Below, one piece after another: positions 36,066 through 41,033 of a stretch of 41,033 nucleotides of DNA. Made by a program: the position numbers and the translations under genes. The notes beneath the pieces are model-generated. The model was not told the origin of the DNA and searched no databases. It was given only the letters and a program-made list of their open reading frames with translations. The stretch covers positions 1 through 41,033 of IMG/VR virus record IMGVR_UViG_3300032237_000768; one strand, given 5' to 3'. Every line of letters begins with the position of its first letter. Within the stretch, counting starts at the first letter, position 1. This DNA comes from a virus (Duplodnaviria > Caudoviricetes).

Positions 36066-38918
36066 ATGAGTAATATAGTAGGAGAAGGATTTCCTGAAGA
36101 AATAGTAAAACAAATAAATGTACGCCAAAATAAAAAAGGGACATTTAACCGAAATACGGGTGGTGATCCTACTTTACTTGTATGGCAGAATAGTAATACA
36201 GGATGGGTTAAAGTAGTATCATCTGTTGATTTAACAGATGAAAGAAAAAATATTTTCCCCGCATTTGCACCTGCATTTTTAGGTGGAAGTAGTTTAGCAA
36301 AAAAATATGTTTTATTTGGTGGTGTTACTGATTTTACAGGAGGTGAAGATAAAATAAATGCTCGTTCAGGTATAGCTAGAACTGGGGATATACATGTTGA
36401 TGCAGCTTATGGTATTGGTGGTTTAGAATTTGGTTTACAACCAATGCCCGGTATTACTTCCTTTAGTATAAAAACTGAAACAAGAGGTTCATTAAAAACA
36501 GCTACCATTGGTATAAAATGTTTTAATAGAACTCAATTTGATATTATTAGTACATTATATTTAAGTTTAGGTTATTCTATCTTAATGGAGTGGGGTAACA
36601 CAATGTATTATAATAATGATGAAGTTTTTCAACCTAATAATCCTTATAGTTTAGCAGATGAGTTTTTAAATGGTACATACCAATGGGATGATATATTACC
36701 CGAAATTAGTAAAAAAAGATTAGCATCTTGTGGAAATTATGATGCTGCTTTAGGTAAAGTAGTAAATTTTAATTGGTCTATAAATAGAGATTTAACATAT
36801 GATATTACTTTAACAGTAAGAACAATAGGTGATGTAATTGAATCTTTAAAAACAAATACACTTTCAGGATTAAAAACTGAATTTGCTCTTAAAGAAAAAA
36901 CATCTCAAACTACTGAAAAAGGAACTACTCCCCCAGCACCTACTTCAGAAGAAGCAATTGCCGATTTTGCACATTCAACGGATGTAGGAAAAATATTATA
37001 CGATCTTCAACAAAAATTAGAACCTTTAGGACCTGGTGCCAATGGAGCTAGTACTTATGCCATAGGAGATGATGTTGTTGCTATTAAACAAGTTTACAAA
37101 TCAGAAAAAAATATAAATCAATATTATGTTAGATTTGGGTATTTTTTAGAACAATTTCAACAAAAAATAGTTCCGGTTATAAAAAAAGATAATGGAACTG
37201 TAGAAAAAAAACTAATAAAATTTAATACAGATATTAATGAAAATATAATAGCAGTATATAATAGACAAATAAGCGCAGATCCGGGTGTTTGTTTATTTAA
37301 TACTTTTTTTGGTTATCCAAGTGGTGGGGGTAGTGCATTTTTACCTAGCGGTAATGAATTTAGATTTCAACCAGATGGAGCTACTACTAACAATTACGGA
37401 AAATTAATGAATGTTTATTTTAACATGATTTATATTTTAAATTCATTAAATGATTTAAAAGATGAAGACGGAAAAATACCATTAATTGATTTTTTAAATA
37501 TATTCACCAATGGATTTAATACGGCTACGGGTAATTACAATAAATTATCCCCATCAATAAATGAAGATAAAAATGAAATTATATTTATAGATGAGGTTCC
37601 ATTACCTGATAGAAATGCAATTTTACAAGCAAAAAAGAAATCAATTTTAGATACATTTTTTACTTTATTTGGTTATTTTCCTTATACAGCTGCTGATGGT
37701 GAAAATAAAGCCAAAGCAGGAATAGTTAGAGATATTAGTTTTAACACATCCATTACTCCTAATTTAGCTAGTATGATTACTATTGGTGCTCAAGCTAATG
37801 GTTACGTTACGGGTCAAGATTCAACAGCATTATCTTCAATAAATAAAGGATTAATAGATAGAGTTAAACCTGTTATTCAAGATGCAAACGAAAAAGATCC
37901 TAAAGAATTACCACCACCTTTAAATGTAAAATACGCTGATCAAATTAACGCTTTTCAAAATTTTACAGCAAAAATAGGTTCAGTTAATGGAGCTTATCCA
38001 GGGTGGGATCAAGAAGCAATTGACAATTTTAAAAATACTAATAACGCTTTTGCTGAATATGATCAATATAAGGCAACGGCTGATGCTCAATTAGCCAATC
38101 CTACAAAACCGATAGGATCACCCACAATTGGTTTTTTACCATTTGATTTAAACTTAACTATTGATGGTTTATCAGGAATGAAAGTATACCAAAAATATAC
38201 TATTGATGCTGATTTTCTCCCATCAAATTATCCTTTATCATTAGAATTTTTAATTAAAGGTATAACACATACAATACAAAATAACCAATGGATTACTACT
38301 TTAGAATCAGTAGCTATTCCTAAGAATCCATTTGGTATGAAAAATGCCCAAGGACAAACATATAATGGTTCACCTAAAACAGTAGGAGGAAGACCAGTAG
38401 GAACAGTTGCGGAAACAGGACAACCAGTAAGAGGAAATAATTTTAGTCCTTCACGAGGAGGAACTACTAGAACTATAGAAGGAATAACATACAAAAATGG
38501 TGAAATATCATCAAATAAATTAAGATCAATAACTAATCCTTCTAAATATAAAGGAGCTCTTTCTTCAGATAATGGGAATATTAGATTATATGATAAAGCT
38601 TCTGTAGCATTAGATAAACTTATAGCCGCTGCTGAAGCAGCTAAAATTCCAGTAAAAATAAATTCGGCATACAGAACAGTAACAGACCAGCAACGAGTTT
38701 ATAATGAAAATTGTCCTGGTGGAGTATGTAGAATACTAACAGCACGACCTGGTACATCTAATCATGGATTTGGTTTAGCTGTAGACTTTGCTACTCCTGG
38801 ATTAGCAAGAATTAAACCTGGGGATAAACTATACGATTGGTTAGCAGCTGGAAATGGAGCACTATTTGGTTTTAAACGAATAAAATCTGAATCTTGGCAT
38901 TGGGAATATCAAGTATAA
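36066..38918 (+). CDS. Baseplate hub-like protein with a C-terminal M15 (VanY-like) peptidase
   Basis: N-terminal PMPGITS, GSLKTATI, LMEWG, GNYDA. C-terminal INSAYRT..Q, ARPGTSNHGFGLAVD and ESWHWEY zinc-peptidase motifs. Confidence 0.75.
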   Translation: MSNIVGEGFPEEIVKQINVRQNKKGTFNRNTGGDPTLLVWQNSNTGWVKVVSSVDLTDERKNIFPAFAPAFLGGSSLAKKYVLFGGVTDFTGGEDKINARSGIARTGDIHVDAAYGIGGLEFGLQPMPGITSFSIKTETRGSLKTATIGIKCFNRTQFDIISTLYLSLGYSILMEWGNTMYYNNDEVFQPNNPYSLADEFLNGTYQWDDILPEISKKRLASCGNYDAALGKVVNFNWSINRDLTYDITLTVRTIGDVIESLKTNTLSGLKTEFALKEKTSQTTEKGTTPPAPTSEEAIADFAHSTDVGKILYDLQQKLEPLGPGANGASTYAIGDDVVAIKQVYKSEKNINQYYVRFGYFLEQFQQKIVPVIKKDNGTVEKKLIKFNTDINENIIAVYNRQISADPGVCLFNTFFGYPSGGGSAFLPSGNEFRFQPDGATTNNYGKLMNVYFNMIYILNSLNDLKDEDGKIPLIDFLNIFTNGFNTATGNYNKLSPSINEDKNEIIFIDEVPLPDRNAILQAKKKSILDTFFTLFGYFPYTAADGENKAKAGIVRDISFNTSITPNLASMITIGAQANGYVTGQDSTALSSINKGLIDRVKPVIQDANEKDPKELPPPLNVKYADQINAFQNFTAKIGSVNGAYPGWDQEAIDNFKNTNNAFAEYDQYKATADAQLANPTKPIGSPTIGFLPFDLNLTIDGLSGMKVYQKYTIDADFLPSNYPLSLEFLIKGITHTIQNNQWITTLESVAIPKNPFGMKNAQGQTYNGSPKTVGGRPVGTVAETGQPVRGNNFSPSRGGTTRTIEGITYKNGEISSNKLRSITNPSKYKGALSSDNGNIRLYDKASVALDKLIAAAEAAKIPVKINSAYRTVTDQQRVYNENCPGGVCRILTARPGTSNHGFGLAVDFATPGLARIKPGDKLYDWLAAGNGALFGFKRIKSESWHWEYQV

Positions 38919-38930
38919 TATTTAAATAAA

Positions 38931-39596
38931 ATGGCTTACTATCCGTTATCACAAATAAAAACAAACCTATACACCAATGGTGGTGAATTTGTATTTAATG
39001 TCAATGATCCTTTTCAAACATATTCCGGATACTATTGGAAAACCTCAGATGGAAAATATTTTACAGGCAAAACACCTCAAGATACTCCCAATTCAGAAAT
39101 TTTTTTTAAACCATCTTTAGATTATAATAAATATCCGGATGTAGCGACAAACCCATCATTTAATTACATAACAGTAAATGGTGGTGCTGAAGTAAATAAT
39201 GGAGATAATATTGATGGTGGTGACCCGTTTATCCTTGATTATCTAGCTCTTAAAAATATATCATCCAAAACAATCCAAATTATTCCAACCTACTATCCAA
39301 CCCAACCAACACAACAAGACTATCAAATTGGAGAGTTTAGACGTTATTTTTGTAAAAAAACAAATGAAATACAATATACCGAAATAAGCAAAGATCAATT
39401 TGACTTACTTGTAGCTAAAGATCCACAAATATTATGGCAATTATATTTTCCATTTTTTATTCCGTGGAACATAACGGGAACTAAGGAACAGGTCGCACGT
39501 GTTAATAGAAATATTGTAGCTTTAAATATAAAAAATTTAAAATTACCGCGTTTTAACGATTATCTTAAAAACGATTACACAAAATATTACAAATAG
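38931..39596 (+). CDS. Hypothetical protein, probably baseplate-associated
   Basis: 221 aa ORF continuing the operon; LYTNGGEF, YSGYY and FRRYFCKK motifs. Confidence 0.6.
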   Translation: MAYYPLSQIKTNLYTNGGEFVFNVNDPFQTYSGYYWKTSDGKYFTGKTPQDTPNSEIFFKPSLDYNKYPDVATNPSFNYITVNGGAEVNNGDNIDGGDPFILDYLALKNISSKTIQIIPTYYPTQPTQQDYQIGEFRRYFCKKTNEIQYTEISKDQFDLLVAKDPQILWQLYFPFFIPWNITGTKEQVARVNRNIVALNIKNLKLPRFNDYLKNDYTKYYK

Positions 39597-39630
39597 TTTG
39601 GAGATCTAAAAAACAGGTCGTATATTTATA
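39597..39630 (+). promoter_or_regulatory. TTTG-N20-TATATTTA / TATTTATA promoter-like element
   Basis: TTTG at 39597-39600, TATATTTA at 39621-39628. Confidence 0.55.
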
Positions 39631-39648
39631 ACAATAAAAACATAAAAC

Positions 39649-40158
39649 ATGGCAAACGATTTTAAAAGAATGCAAAAATTAGCAGGTTTAATTACCGAAG
39701 CACAATCACAAAAATCAAAATATATCCTTACAGATGAAGAAGGTGATGCTTATTTAAACGACGATGCTATTAAAGCATATCTTAAATCAGTAATTGATCC
39801 TAAAGAAATTAAATCTGTAAACACGTTTATGAACGATGAAGAAGGATTTGAAGAATCATCAATGCATTTCTTTGAAGACGGTAGTGAAAATATATCGGAT
39901 AAAGATGTTGAAGATTGGGCTAAACAAGAAATGAGCTACTATTTATATTCTTCACCTGATGAATTTCCAGGCAAAGAATTAAATGAAAACATATCTGATG
40001 AAGCTATTGACCGTATGGAAGGTTTAGCTAACATGCAAGCTTTAGGTAATTTAAAATCAAATTTAAAAACATTAGTTTCGGATTGGGTACAAGATGGAGG
40101 ATTTGATGAAGATGATGTGATTGATTATTTAACACATTTAGTAAGAAACTCATACTAG
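39649..40158 (+). CDS. Acidic protein with an N-terminal FKRMQKLAGLITE leader (putative internal head protein)
   Basis: The leader matches the scaffold C-terminus FERMQKLAGI. Confidence 0.65.
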   Translation: MANDFKRMQKLAGLITEAQSQKSKYILTDEEGDAYLNDDAIKAYLKSVIDPKEIKSVNTFMNDEEGFEESSMHFFEDGSENISDKDVEDWAKQEMSYYLYSSPDEFPGKELNENISDEAIDRMEGLANMQALGNLKSNLKTLVSDWVQDGGFDEDDVIDYLTHLVRNSY

Positions 40159-40202
40159 TAAAAAAAATTATATATTTATTATAAACATACAACTAATAAA
40201 AC

Positions 40203-40613
40203 ATGAAAAAACAAATCAACGAATTCAAAAGAATGCAACTCATCGCTGGTTTAATAACTGAAAGCGAATACCGTGAATCAAAAATGGACGAAGCTGAAGA
40301 TAATTCTTTTCAAAAACCAGAGGAAGATTCAAATATTGAAACCTTAAAAAAAAGATATAAATTTTCTAAAGATTTAGAAACAATCGCTTCAAAACAAAAT
40401 CCTAAATTGTTTAAAATATTTGAACCTGGATTTAATGCCGATGAAATTCAATTAGGAGATTATATCCAATTTTTCCCAAATGAAAAACCAGATTTAGTAT
40501 TTGCAGCAGATGAAAAATCAGTAAATGCTAGTCATGATAATGCTGAAGATTCAAAATATAATCGTTCTTTATTGAAAAAAATAAATAGAGAACGTGTGAG
40601 TAAATTAAAATAA
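40203..40613 (+). CDS. Protein with an N-terminal INEFKRMQLIAGLITE leader (putative internal head protein)
   Basis: Same leader motif; TATTTATT at 40173 upstream. Confidence 0.65.
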   Translation: MKKQINEFKRMQLIAGLITESEYRESKMDEAEDNSFQKPEEDSNIETLKKRYKFSKDLETIASKQNPKLFKIFEPGFNADEIQLGDYIQFFPNEKPDLVFAADEKSVNASHDNAEDSKYNRSLLKKINRERVSKLK

Positions 40614-40642
40614 CACATAAAAAATAAATAAAAAATTAAATT

Positions 40643-40667
40643 AAGCTTGGGAAACCAAGCTTTTTTT
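40643..40667 (+). terminator. Rho-independent terminator ending the structural module
   Basis: AAGCTTGG-GAAA-CCAAGCTT followed by a T run. Confidence 0.88.
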
Positions 40668-40695
40668 ATTATCGTTATCGGAGACAATAGAGGTT

Positions 40696-41033
40696 ATGGC
40701 ATTCTACTTAATAGAAAATACGGAACAATTATCAACGTTTTACTACCAAGAGTTCAAACGAGCTTTTGTAGAAGTAATTCCGTTCAATGATTTAGTACAT
40801 CCAACCTTAAATAAAGTATCATTAGTGTATATTAAACCCTTAACGGATGATAACGAAAAAGGTTACATGATATGCATTGATCATAGTGAGGCATTAAACG
40901 TGCAAATAAAACACGTAAATCAAGTACTTAAAAGCTTTGACGAAATATATGTTAGAGACAAGAAAACGTTTTTATACTACTTTCAACTTAAAAGCAGCTT
41001 AGACATTACCCACACCACTCCTACGTATATACA
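40696..41033 (+). CDS. 3'-partial ORF missing from the ORF track; possibly the N-terminus of a family A DNA polymerase
   Basis: Open frame MAFYLIENTEQL...FVEVIP...HP...SLVYIKP...KGYMICIDHSE runs to the window end. The product call rests on recalled resemblance only; no catalytic motif is visible. Confidence 0.45.
   Translation, partial: MAFYLIENTEQLSTFYYQEFKRAFVEVIPFNDLVHPTLNKVSLVYIKPLTDDNEKGYMICIDHSEALNVQIKHVNQVLKSFDEIYVRDKKTFLYYFQLKSSLDITHTTPTYI

Noticed and set aside
26905-38918. Bacterial contractile injection system or tailocin
   Set aside because: Capsid, scaffold and neck genes in the same module show this is a phage.
1-41033. tRNA, rRNA, introns or inteins
   Set aside because: Intergenic gaps are very short and none was recognised by eye; tRNAscan-SE and Infernal would be needed to exclude them formally.

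Overview
AT-rich segment of a large tailed phage (myovirus with T4-like head genes). All real genes are on the + strand and form a virion morphogenesis module. The order is: partial scaffold, Gp23-like major capsid protein, PhoH, neck and tail-completion genes, three giant proteins with Gly-X-X Ser/Thr-rich repeat rods, a small tip-like protein, three glycosyltransferases (one resembles Aah/TibC protein O-heptosyltransferases), three paralogous short fibre-like proteins, tail sheath, tail tube, tail chaperone with a probable programmed frameshift, tape measure, baseplate genes ending in an M15 peptidase, two small acidic proteins, and the start of a possible DNA polymerase. A-rich translation starts without Shine-Dalgarno sequences and TTTG-N19/20-TATATTTA elements suggest a Bacteroidota host (inference). 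Main highlights: (1) a putative virion protein-glycosylation system beside Ser-rich fibres; (2) an FxRMQxLAG peptide shared between the scaffold C-terminus and the N-termini of two small proteins, suggesting a capsid-targeting signal for cargo; (3) a TATTTATA motif upstream of 11 genes; (4) a U7 +1/-2 frameshift site. All product calls come from motif recognition and gene order, not from database searches.
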